This document shows positions 38,700 to 47,404 of a stretch of 64,000 nt of DNA, piece by piece. The translations under genes and the position numbers were made by a program. The notes beneath the pieces are model-generated. The model saw only the letters and a program-made list of their open reading frames with translations, was not told where the DNA came from and searched no databases. This DNA comes from Fimbriimonadia bacterium. Its GTDB lineage: Bacteria > Armatimonadota > Fimbriimonadia > Fimbriimonadales > JABRVX01. Position 1 is the stretch's first letter; every line of letters begins with the position of its first letter. The stretch lies in NCBI GenBank assembly GCA_041483895.1, contig JBGPGO010000001.1:160001-224000 (forward strand), given 5' to 3'.

Positions 38700-40493
38700 G
38701 TGTCCTTTGAAATTCCAAAGCCGATACAGATGGGGTTGCGCGAAGCCGACGGGAGCGTGCCCCAAGTTCACCTCGTACCACCAGTCATCGCTGTTCAAGA
38801 AGGCACTTTCGCCCTTGAATTTAGGATCATATCAGAACACACGAGCCAGTTCGTGCCCGAATCGACGACGTGGTACGCAATTTTGCAAGAAGACTACCCA
38901 TACGGCAAAATCGACATTTTTCCGGCAAAGGAAGGCGGGATTACTTGCACCTTTCCGCATCAGCAGTTCAACGGTCCTAATACCTCCAGCGATTATCCGT
39001 GGCGAAGCGGCAACATTTGCGTTACGGAAACCGGATATCGCATCGGTCGCGAGGTCATTCTTGCAGAGCCATTCAATAGTAAACGTCTAGCATGGCATCT
39101 TGAACAGGCGAGAGACTGGATCCAATGTGCCGCAAGAGGGCTTCTGTCGCAACCAGGAGACCCTTTTGAATTGCCGGACTTTCCTCGGTCCGAAAACGCG
39201 ACGTCCTTTGCATATTGGGAAGACCGTACGACCTTTTCTGCATGGTCAGAGATTAACGAGGTCTGCGGTCTAGCTGAACTGTGTTCTGTTCCCGGGAATA
39301 GTAGCATCCGCGCAATTAAGTCATTCAATTCGGGTCGCGACACAATTGATCTCAGACCACCCTGGGGAAAGTTTCTGAAGGACAGAACACCAACGCAAGC
39401 CGCAATATGGCTCCGATTCCCAAGCGTTCCTATTCTCCCACCTTGGCAAGTTCCTGTGACAATCGGACAGCTCATCGATGCCGGCAACGTCGTCGGACTA
39501 GATGTCACTGATCAAGTTAAGGCAGCGATGCGCCACTGCCCAGCCTCATCTATTACATCATTCCTCGTCGGCATCCCGATACCCGAGTATTTTGGCGGAG
39601 TGCCGATTCAGTGGCATTGGCAGGCGATGGAGTTCGGGCCGTCGCTGCTTGATACCCAATCCGCGAAGAGAGTGAGACGCCGAGCCACCTTCTACAAAAG
39701 GGATATCGAGACATTGACGGAGAGGTCAAGAGGTATCGCGTGGTTTCCTTCAACAAACTGGTCTAAGGATCAGCTAATGGTGCGGGGTGCCATAGAGGCT
39801 ATTCAGGATAAGTTTATCCTGGTAATTGGCGTTGGCGCGATCGGGTCTGTAGTCGCTGAACTCCTCGTACGCGGAGGTTCGAAACGAGTAATGCTGGCTG
39901 ATGCAGAACGGTTCACTGTTGGCAATCTCGTTCGGCACATCGCTTCGATCCCACATGTTATGTTTCAAAAATCCATTGCGATGGAGCATCGTTACAATAA
40001 CACAGTTCCCTATGCGAATGTCGACAGTTCTATTAGCCGATTTCGAGCCAATGGAGCAGACTTCCCCGGGCACGCTCCAAATCTCGACCTAATTGTCGAT
40101 TGCACAGGAGAGGACGCCGTCATCGAGGGAGTCCAATTGTCCGCGTTGGAGGGGGATCTCCCATTCGTATCCATTTCTCTTGGTTGGGAAGCCAAGAGGT
40201 TGTTTCTGTACAGCGCACCCAAGCAATTGATCAATGTCGAGTGGTTTCAAGAAAAGTGGAACGAGGTTACCGAAGACGAGCGCAAGGTTCGCCGCAGAGA
40301 GGACTTTACAATGGAAGGTATTGGCTGTTGGCATCCGGCGTTTCCCGCACCCATTCATCGCGTTTGGTCGTTGGCTGCTCTTTCCGTTGTAGCCCTCGAA
40401 AAACTGCTCATTGAGGGCATCAATAACCCAGGTTTCCATGTGATCGAATTTGAAGCGGAAAGCGGCTCAGCATTGATCACCAGGATTCCGTGA
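38700..40493 (+). CDS. cap2: CBASS Cap2 E2-E1 (ThiF) fusion
   Basis: E2: YPYG...TFPHQ...GNICV. E1: VIGVGAIGS, GNLVRH, IVDCTG, GCWHP. GTG start 4 nt after the CD-NTase stop. Confidence 0.88.
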   Translation: MSFEIPKPIQMGLREADGSVPQVHLVPPVIAVQEGTFALEFRIISEHTSQFVPESTTWYAILQEDYPYGKIDIFPAKEGGITCTFPHQQFNGPNTSSDYPWRSGNICVTETGYRIGREVILAEPFNSKRLAWHLEQARDWIQCAARGLLSQPGDPFELPDFPRSENATSFAYWEDRTTFSAWSEINEVCGLAELCSVPGNSSIRAIKSFNSGRDTIDLRPPWGKFLKDRTPTQAAIWLRFPSVPILPPWQVPVTIGQLIDAGNVVGLDVTDQVKAAMRHCPASSITSFLVGIPIPEYFGGVPIQWHWQAMEFGPSLLDTQSAKRVRRRATFYKRDIETLTERSRGIAWFPSTNWSKDQLMVRGAIEAIQDKFILVIGVGAIGSVVAELLVRGGSKRVMLADAERFTVGNLVRHIASIPHVMFQKSIAMEHRYNNTVPYANVDSSISRFRANGADFPGHAPNLDLIVDCTGEDAVIEGVQLSALEGDLPFVSISLGWEAKRLFLYSAPKQLINVEWFQEKWNEVTEDERKVRRREDFTMEGIGCWHPAFPAPIHRVWSLAALSVVALEKLLIEGINNPGFHVIEFEAESGSALITRIP

Positions 40494-41002
40494 GCGTGAA
40501 CTACGACCAATTGGAATTCGTCGGCAAGATCTCTACAGTCCTCGTCATCGTCTCATCCACCGCACTCTCGAAAATGCTAATGGAATGCTCCGTAGACCCA
40601 GATATTGAGACCGGAGGTGTTCTGCTGGGCCGGTTTCGGACAAAGGACGCCGCAGTTCTTGTGAAGGAAGCCACCGGTTCCCCAGCCGATTCGGCTAAGT
40701 CTCCTGGGGAGTTCATACGAGGAACTGAAGGATTAGACGATACCTTGCAACGAGCATATAATTGTTCACTTCAATATGTCGGTGAATGGCATTTCCACCG
40801 CACGGCAGAACCCAGGCCGAGCGATCGTGACCGGCGCACAATGATGGGCATAACTAAGAGCGATAACTACCACATGCTATATCCGATCCTAGCGATCGTT
40901 TCAAACAAAAAGGCTTGTTGGACCATTGGCATCTACCGCTTCGAACGGAGTGGAATGTGCGAGTGCTGTGGTACAGCATTATTCGCCACTACTGGGATAT
41001 AG
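40490..41002 (+). CDS. cap3: CBASS Cap3 JAB/JAMM isopeptidase
   Basis: ETGGVLLG, YVGEWHFH...PSDRD. GTGA overlap with cap2. Confidence 0.88.
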   Translation: MSVNYDQLEFVGKISTVLVIVSSTALSKMLMECSVDPDIETGGVLLGRFRTKDAAVLVKEATGSPADSAKSPGEFIRGTEGLDDTLQRAYNCSLQYVGEWHFHRTAEPRPSDRDRRTMMGITKSDNYHMLYPILAIVSNKKACWTIGIYRFERSGMCECCGTALFATTGI

Positions 41003-41053
41003 AGAACTTGCGCTTGTGCGCCCCGATGCACCGGGTGGCTGACGGGCAAAATG

Positions 41054-41147
41054 GCGGAGAGAAATGCGGCCACATAGGCGGAGCAAAATTGTTCCACGTT
41101 GCGACGAGCTGTGTCAACGGCGGCGGAACAGTGTACCACTGCGGCGG
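41054..41147 (+). repeat. IS21-family-like terminal repeats (right of CBASS)
   Basis: Three GGCGG..AA..TG..CCAC units, the third starting TGTCAACGGCGG at 41112. No transposase follows. Confidence 0.6.
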
Positions 41148-41332
41148 TGGGTTATGACCCACCTCACCGCTGAATTTAGACTTCCAGAAGTTCCGGCTCC
41201 ATTCTGGCATTGGTCGTCAGAGTCGGTCTTATCAACATTGCCGACTTTGGGGGCATTCCAGGTGGAATAATGGTCTTCTTATTAGCCATGCGAGTCCCGG
41301 CTGGCCTACTCCATTCAGGGTGGCATGTCGAT

Positions 41333-42328
41333 CTATTGTTCGGGATGCGGAAGCCTGACAGCGGCGTCCGTCCGAGTGAATTCCTCCCAGTCTTCATCGC
41401 TGATCTTGTAATTCTCACGTTTCTCGACGTACTGGCGAATCTTGTCCATATCCACCACGTCATGGTGAACTCCAACCCCGACAGGGTCGACGGGCTGTTG
41501 AGCCGCACTTCCCGAAGAGCTGGACAGCTGATAAGCGGCAAGCCCGAGGCCCGTTAGCTCCTCATCGTACTGTTGGCATTCGGGACGAGTTTTGAACTTA
41601 GTCGAAGATTCGATCTCTACCAGCCATTTCCTAATCCTCGAAAAAGCCGTATGCATCCGGTGTTTCATAGGCTTTCTATCGTCGGGATTTTCGACCAATT
41701 CACCTTCTTTCGCAAACATCAGTACAGTTTCTCGTTCCATCTCGGAGGGTTTGACGCAATGCAGGGCAAACGCCTTCAGGTTCCTTTGTTCGGCCCCCGT
41801 GAGAGTCGGTCGGGGGCGACCGTGCACTAAGGGCACGAGCAATTCGCCGTGGTTGCCACGCTCATTCTTAAGATCTGCGCGTAGCGTGATGAGGGCAGAC
41901 TCGACCGCCTTGACTTCGCGAAGAGCATCTTCCACGCATTGAAGAGCGGTTTGCCAGGGTTGTTTGAATAGACGCTTTGCCAATCGAGTCGGCAGGTTCT
42001 CGGCTAGTTTCACCACTGCTTCGCGCTTTTTGCAAGTGGAGTAGCTGATGCGCGTCCAAGCGCTTGCTTTCGAGAATCCTTCTTCCCGCAGATCCTCTAA
42101 TTTCCGGAGCCATGCAAACCACATCCGCACCAAGCATTTTGGCCCAATCTCGTAGGGCCCACCGATCTCTTCGATGTCGAGAAACCGGCTACGGTTCCCG
42201 TCTCTCGCGTGACGACGGAGATTCAATGCCTCGAGTTGTTGTTGCAGACGATTGTCCGTAGCAACGATCAAATGGTGCATCAAGAAGGCGAGCTTGATGT
42301 CGTCTTGTTGGCTCTTCGATATCTCCAT
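41333..42328 (-). CDS. Hypothetical protein, divergent from the recombinase operon
   Basis: 331-aa ORF with GAGGA SD. No family recognised. Confidence 0.6.
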   Translation of the reverse strand: MEISKSQQDDIKLAFLMHHLIVATDNRLQQQLEALNLRRHARDGNRSRFLDIEEIGGPYEIGPKCLVRMWFAWLRKLEDLREEGFSKASAWTRISYSTCKKREAVVKLAENLPTRLAKRLFKQPWQTALQCVEDALREVKAVESALITLRADLKNERGNHGELLVPLVHGRPRPTLTGAEQRNLKAFALHCVKPSEMERETVLMFAKEGELVENPDDRKPMKHRMHTAFSRIRKWLVEIESSTKFKTRPECQQYDEELTGLGLAAYQLSSSSGSAAQQPVDPVGVGVHHDVVDMDKIRQYVEKRENYKISDEDWEEFTRTDAAVRLPHPEQ

Positions 42329-42564
42329 TTTTTTCCTCTCACAAGAAACTCAGGCTCTAGATTGTGACACCCCTCCTCGTGAGATGCTCAATCCTATGCG
42401 CTCAGAGAGTTCAACTCCAAAGGACGGAGAAGAGACCGCCGGTGTGCCGGTGGATGGAAGTGAGCACGAGCGCCGCGACCAACACGAGGCGGAAAAGGTG
42501 TTGTTGCGGTTCTTCTCGATCCTCTTGCACATTTCTGAGAGCAAATCCAACGGAGGAGCAAAAC

Positions 42565-42759
42565 ATGAAGGGACCTAAGAAACGGGAGGCGTCGCGTCGC
42601 ACCCCTCATCCTAAGGACATGGAAGTCGTGAGAAGTGCTGGCTCGCTGCTTGCGGAAGCCGCACTACGCGCCGCAATGAACCCAAATCAAGGCGAGCGGC
42701 TAAGCATTGCGGACGCTTTGGATACACCAGTAAACGTCAACCACGAGACATCTGTCTAG
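42565..42759 (+). CDS. Small hypothetical protein upstream of the recombinases
   Basis: GGAGGA SD before ATG 42565, 64 aa MKGPKKRE... Confidence 0.5.
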   Translation: MKGPKKREASRRTPHPKDMEVVRSAGSLLAEAALRAAMNPNQGERLSIADALDTPVNVNHETSV

Positions 42760-42798
42760 CTCTTTTATGCTACGATAAACTTCCAAAGGAGAAAGGTA

Positions 42799-44883
42799 AT
42801 GAATAACACAAACGAAACAAACCGAGCTATGCCGCACGTTGCCATCTATGCGCGTGTCAGTACCGAGGAGCAAGCAAGAGAGGGCTTTTCCATTAAAGTC
42901 CAGCCTCAACAGTGCATTGAGGAACTCGAAAAGCGATTTGGCAGGAACGGCTTCACCCATGAATCGTTCTCAGACGCCGGCAAGTCCGGATCCTCTGGAC
43001 CAAGACCATGGGAGCCCGATCTCCGCAAGCGTGGCGACCGCAAGGGCCTTCACGAGCTATTCGAAGGATTGCGGCAAAAACGGTTTACTCACATCGTTGC
43101 CCTCAGGCGAGATCGGATCTATCGAAACATCGCCAATTGGTTGGCCTTCAAGGCAATTATGTTGCAAGGCGTCGATCTGATATTTGTCTTGGAACCTGAT
43201 GAAGATGACTCACCTTCCGGCGAATTGGCGTCCGGCATGATTGCTTATGTTGCTCAGTATGAGTTGGACAAGACGCGCGAGAATGTCAAGAATGCGCTTC
43301 GTAAACGGGTAGCACAAGGCTACAAGCTCGGCGCCGAATTATATGGTTGGCGCAAACAGGAATCTCACGAGGTCGAAGCGGGAAAGCGCAAGAGCATCGT
43401 ACCGATTGAAGAGGAGCTTTCGATTGTGCGCCAGGTCAAGGACTGGTATCTGTCCGGGATGTCGTACGCTCAGATTGCTGACAAGCTCAACGATCTTGGT
43501 GTACCAAGACGCATAGCAAAGGGCAAGAAATGGGAAAGCTCGACGATTCGCATCTTGCTGTCCAATCCGACGCATGCAGGCTTGATCAAGAATGCCGACG
43601 GGGACCTCGTACCCGCGGAATTCTATGAGAGCCGTGCGTACGATCCGGAAGTCTACTACCGCATCCAACAGGTCAAGGCGGAACGCAATCGGCGCTTCAA
43701 GGGACTAGCGGCCACCGAACCCCATCGACTGTTCGCAAAAGTTGTGAGTTGCGGAATATGTAGCAAGGCTTTGCGATCCATGATGCAAGGGGACGGCTAC
43801 GCCTACCGATGCAACCAACGCCGATTCGGCCCGGCCCAAGGCCATGTGTATATCGCGGCAAAGACTCTTGAGAAAGCCATACTTTCAGAGCTCGAACGGG
43901 TATCTCAATTGCCCGATGTCTTGTCCGAAGCGGAGAATTGCATCCGTGAGTATTCGGATTCGAACGCAGGCCAACTCGAAGCAGAACTGAGGCGTCTGAA
44001 ACAACATGTCGCCGTTCTGGACTGTAGGAAGAAGGAATTGCAGCGGTCGGTTGTGCGAGGGGAGATCCAACCGAAGGAGTTTCAGCCGATCAGCGATTGC
44101 ATTGAAGAAGCTCGCAGCGGACCGCTAGCATCGATCACTGAGTTAGAGATGCAGCTGACGAATCGCACTTCTCATGAAGAGACATGCCGCAGAGCCATTG
44201 AGGCGCTTCGCTCGTTCCCGACGCTCTGGGGGAACCTCACCGACACCGAAAAGCGCGAGTTCCTCCGGATTGTTGTCGAAAAGGCGGTCCTAAACAAGGA
44301 TGAAAATGAGATGTGGCTGGAGCTCAAACTTTGCATGCTCGATGAAGTAAGGATCGCGGTGCCCCGCCGGGCTATCGACGGCAGGTACGAGCGTCCTCCA
44401 GGTGCTGAGGGGCTTACAGAGCGGCAACTTGCCATTCTATGGCACGTACTTCAAGGCCGCGGACCAAAGGAAATCGCTTCGCATTTTGAAGTGACGCCAA
44501 CCTCCGTCAATGAGATGGGCCGCAAGATCCGGCAGCACTTAGGAGTTGCCGATCTGGTGTCGGCAGCCGCCATGGCTCAGGAGGCGATCAACCGATATGA
44601 GCGCTTCTTGCCAGTCGAAGGCGCCTATTTCCGCAAATATAACTCGCTTCGTCTTCGCGTGACGGAGTATCGTGTCCTAACGGCGCTGGCCGCCGGGTCA
44701 AGTTGGGACGACATTTGCCAACAGGCCGGAATGGACTTACCTCGCCTGAAGAAGGCGTTCGCGAAGGCGGTTGCCAAACTGGGGACCGACGATCCCAAAG
44801 AAATGCTTCGCATTGCTAAGGACCGGAACCTGCTGCCATCGAGACTAAAGCGAAAGGATGAAAATGGGAAGGACCTCCTCTAA
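42799..44883 (+). CDS. Large serine recombinase with two C-terminal LuxR-type HTH domains
   Basis: YARVSTEEQ, RRDRIYRN, recombinase domain, CGIC..YRC zinc ribbon, coiled coil, then LTERQLAIL..G...KEIA and LRVTEYRVL.ALAAG. Confidence 0.88.
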   Translation: MNNTNETNRAMPHVAIYARVSTEEQAREGFSIKVQPQQCIEELEKRFGRNGFTHESFSDAGKSGSSGPRPWEPDLRKRGDRKGLHELFEGLRQKRFTHIVALRRDRIYRNIANWLAFKAIMLQGVDLIFVLEPDEDDSPSGELASGMIAYVAQYELDKTRENVKNALRKRVAQGYKLGAELYGWRKQESHEVEAGKRKSIVPIEEELSIVRQVKDWYLSGMSYAQIADKLNDLGVPRRIAKGKKWESSTIRILLSNPTHAGLIKNADGDLVPAEFYESRAYDPEVYYRIQQVKAERNRRFKGLAATEPHRLFAKVVSCGICSKALRSMMQGDGYAYRCNQRRFGPAQGHVYIAAKTLEKAILSELERVSQLPDVLSEAENCIREYSDSNAGQLEAELRRLKQHVAVLDCRKKELQRSVVRGEIQPKEFQPISDCIEEARSGPLASITELEMQLTNRTSHEETCRRAIEALRSFPTLWGNLTDTEKREFLRIVVEKAVLNKDENEMWLELKLCMLDEVRIAVPRRAIDGRYERPPGAEGLTERQLAILWHVLQGRGPKEIASHFEVTPTSVNEMGRKIRQHLGVADLVSAAAMAQEAINRYERFLPVEGAYFRKYNSLRLRVTEYRVLTALAAGSSWDDICQQAGMDLPRLKKAFAKAVAKLGTDDPKEMLRIAKDRNLLPSRLKRKDENGKDLL

Positions 44884-46408
44884 CGGAAAATCGAGGCGCT
44901 CCACTGCCGTGATCTATGCGCGCGTTAGTTCCAAGGAGCAAAACGACGAAGGCTACAGCATTCCCGCTCAGCTTCGGCTCCTGCGGGATTATGCGCGCGA
45001 GAAGGGCATTGAGGTCGTTGAAGAATTCACGGATGCTGAAACGGCAAAGCAAGCCGGTCGAACTTCGTTTGCCAAGATGCTTCAATTCATCAAGGCAAAA
45101 TCTATCTCCACGATACTTGTTGAGAAGACCGATCGTCTCTACCGAAACTTTGCCGACTTCGTCAAGGTCGACGAATTGGGGTCCGAACTCCATTTTGTTA
45201 AAGAAGGTCAGGTCATCAGCGTCGAATCGCGGAGCGCCGATAAGTTCATGCATTCGATTCGGGTGTGCATGGCGAAGAACTACGTCGACAACTTAAGCGA
45301 AGAGATTCGCAAGGGCATGGCAGAGAAGGCGAGGCAAGGAATCTATCCGACCCACGCGCCCCTTGGCTACCTCAATGCTCCCGACGGTCCGAGGAAGAAG
45401 ATCGTACTGGATCCGGATCGAGGAGTACTCGTCACTCGCCTCTTCGAAGCCTATGCAAGCGGCTCATACTCTCTGACGCAATTGACACAGTTCGCTCGCG
45501 AGATCGGATTGGTGACAAAGAAGCATCACCAGGTGCAAAGGAGCAACATCGCCCTGATGCTCCAGAGCCCTGTCTATTCCGGCCGAATCGTATGGAACGG
45601 CGAGAGCTACCCAGGCACCCACACACCGCTTGTCGACAAGCTGACCTTCGATCGAGTCCAGGACATACTGCACGGCCGGCGCAGTAAGGCCGGGTTTGGC
45701 CATAGGGAGTTTGCATTCAAAGGGCTCGTATATTGCCGATGCGGCGCGGCCATGACCGGCGACATTAAGAAAGGGAAATACATCTACTACCGATGCAATG
45801 GGCGCAAAGGGCTGTGCGACAAGCCGAGTGTGAAAGAAGAGGTTTTCATTGACCACATCCGGGATCTGCTCTCAAGGCTGTCGTTGCCTCCTGAGATATT
45901 TGAATGGCTGAGGACGGCGCTCAAATCAAGCTTGGACGACGAACAACGATTTCGCCAACTAGAAGACGAGCGGATGGAAACGAACGCAGCACAGATCAAA
46001 AAGCGCCTCGAGACGCTCTACCTCGACAAGATTCAAGGCGATGTGTCAGCCGAGTTTTATCGCGACACCCGGCAGAAGTGGGAAGAGGAACTAGACGATA
46101 TTCGGGCCCGCCAGGCTGCGATGAGCCGGACTGAGGGCGCATATTACGACGATGGACTTCAATTGCTCGAACTCGCGAGAACAGCCGCAGACAGGTACGA
46201 ATCGGCCTCCGTGAGCGAGAAACGGGAACTCTTACAATGTATCTGTTCGAACTGCATCTTTGACGGCAGCACCATCTCCGTCAACCTGCGAAAACCGTTT
46301 GATTTGCTCCTAAAAGCGCCCGAATTCGGCAGCGTGCCTAATGCCGCAAAATGCCCAGATTCCCCAGCAAATCAAGATTGGTGGAGGCTAGCGGACTCGA
46401 ACCGCTGA
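44858..46408 (+). CDS. Large serine recombinase (integrase); 3' end runs antisense into tRNA-Ala
   Basis: YARVSSKEQ, KTDRLYRN, APLGY, CRCG..YYRC..C. The terminal WWRLADSNR* is encoded by the tRNA reverse complement. Confidence 0.92.
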   Translation: MKMGRTSSNGKSRRSTAVIYARVSSKEQNDEGYSIPAQLRLLRDYAREKGIEVVEEFTDAETAKQAGRTSFAKMLQFIKAKSISTILVEKTDRLYRNFADFVKVDELGSELHFVKEGQVISVESRSADKFMHSIRVCMAKNYVDNLSEEIRKGMAEKARQGIYPTHAPLGYLNAPDGPRKKIVLDPDRGVLVTRLFEAYASGSYSLTQLTQFAREIGLVTKKHHQVQRSNIALMLQSPVYSGRIVWNGESYPGTHTPLVDKLTFDRVQDILHGRRSKAGFGHREFAFKGLVYCRCGAAMTGDIKKGKYIYYRCNGRKGLCDKPSVKEEVFIDHIRDLLSRLSLPPEIFEWLRTALKSSLDDEQRFRQLEDERMETNAAQIKKRLETLYLDKIQGDVSAEFYRDTRQKWEEELDDIRARQAAMSRTEGAYYDDGLQLLELARTAADRYESASVSEKRELLQCICSNCIFDGSTISVNLRKPFDLLLKAPEFGSVPNAAKCPDSPANQDWWRLADSNR

Positions 46409-46454
46409 CCTGTTGCATGCAAAGCAACTGCTCTCCCAACTGAGCTAAGCCCCC
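46379..46454 (-). tRNA. tRNA-Ala(TGC)
   Basis: GGGGGCT...GTTGC-TTTGCAT-GCAAC...TTCGAGT...AGCCTCCACCA, 76 nt, G3:U70 pair. Confidence 0.97.
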
Positions 46455-46598
46455 AAAGAAACAATCGCGTGGGTCTAGGTGGTCTACCATCGGACAGTTG
46501 TCGCCGATCCGACCCACGACACCATGCTGTCCAACGCGGGCCGTAGGTTGACGGAAAGAGAACATCCGGCATGCCGGCCCGCGCCTATAGAGGTATCT

Positions 46599-46674
46599 TG
46601 GTGGGCCCAGTTAGATTCGAACTAACCACCTCACCCTTATCAGGGGTGCGCTCTACCGAATGAGCTATGAGCCC
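46599..46674 (-). tRNA. tRNA-Ile(GAT)
   Basis: GGGCTCA...CACCC-CTGATAA-GGGTG...TTCGAAT...TGGGCCCACCA, 76 nt. Confidence 0.97.
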
Positions 46675-46686
46675 AAACCGACGGCC

Positions 46687-46695
46687 ATTATACCA
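46687..46695 (-). promoter_or_regulatory. Extended -10 promoter (TGgTATAAT) of the tRNA-Ile/Ala unit
   Basis: Consensus TGnTATAAT 12 nt upstream of tRNA-Ile. Confidence 0.75.
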
Positions 46696-46741
46696 TTGTG
46701 GGCAGATAGGACCCCCACCCCAACCCTCCCCCATCCAGCAG

Positions 46742-47404
46742 TCAAAACAGCCGCATCTGTTCGTCACCGGCCGGGGCCTCGACCGGCTGCTGGGCCTTTT
46801 GCCAGGCCCGCTCCAGATCTTCCCGCAGCTCCTGCTCAGCGTTCGCGTACCCCTCGTTCATCCGCCGCAGAATATAGGCCGGATGAAGTGCGGCGGTAGC
46901 GACCGGGGCCCAGCGGCAGGGATAGAACTGCCCCCGCATCTGCGAAATCTTGAAGTTCCTGTCGATGACCAGCTTGGCGGCGGGCGCGCCGAGACAGCAG
47001 ATCACACGCGGGCTGATGATCGATAGCTGCGAATCCAGCCAGCGCGTGCAGGCCTGCACCTCCTCCGGCATTGGGGGACGGTTCTGCGCCCTGCCATCGA
47101 CGGTATCGAACGCACGGCACTTTACGATATTGCATATATAGACATCGCGGCGATTGACCCCAAAAGCCATCAAAGCCTTGTCCAGGCAAGCCCCTGCCCG
47201 CCCGACAAACGGCCTGCCGCTCGCATCCTCATGCTCGCCCGGCCCCTCCCCTATCAGAACCAGTGGGCTTTCGGCATTCCCCTCCCCGAACACGACGGTT
47301 CGCCGCGTCTCGGAGAGGACACATGCGGTGCATCCCGCCGCTTGCCCGCCCAGCACGGCCAAGCGACCCGATTTGTCCATCTCGACCGCCGCGGTGTTGC
47401 TCAC
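46742..47404 (-). CDS. Uracil-DNA glycosylase family 4
   Basis: C..C Fe-S motif, GEGPG..ED..GRPFVG.AG, NIVKCR, HPAYILR. Confidence 0.93.
   Translation of the reverse strand: MSNTAAVEMDKSGRLAVLGGQAAGCTACVLSETRRTVVFGEGNAESPLVLIGEGPGEHEDASGRPFVGRAGACLDKALMAFGVNRRDVYICNIVKCRAFDTVDGRAQNRPPMPEEVQACTRWLDSQLSIISPRVICCLGAPAAKLVIDRNFKISQMRGQFYPCRWAPVATAALHPAYILRRMNEGYANAEQELREDLERAWQKAQQPVEAPAGDEQMRLF

Larger units (their letters stand above)
12387..46384. mobile_element. Approximately 34 kb serine-recombinase defence island integrated at the tRNA-Ala 3' end
   Basis: Tandem large serine recombinases abut tRNA-Ala. The TGGTGG core (reverse complement of tRNA ...CCACCA) occurs at 46379-46384 and 12387-12392. 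The left copy is followed by a plausible displaced recombinase C-terminus. Cargo is defence-related. Confidence 0.75.

Noticed and set aside
12387..46384. Prophage or ICE
   Set aside because: No recognisable capsid, terminase, tail, relaxase or T4SS genes.
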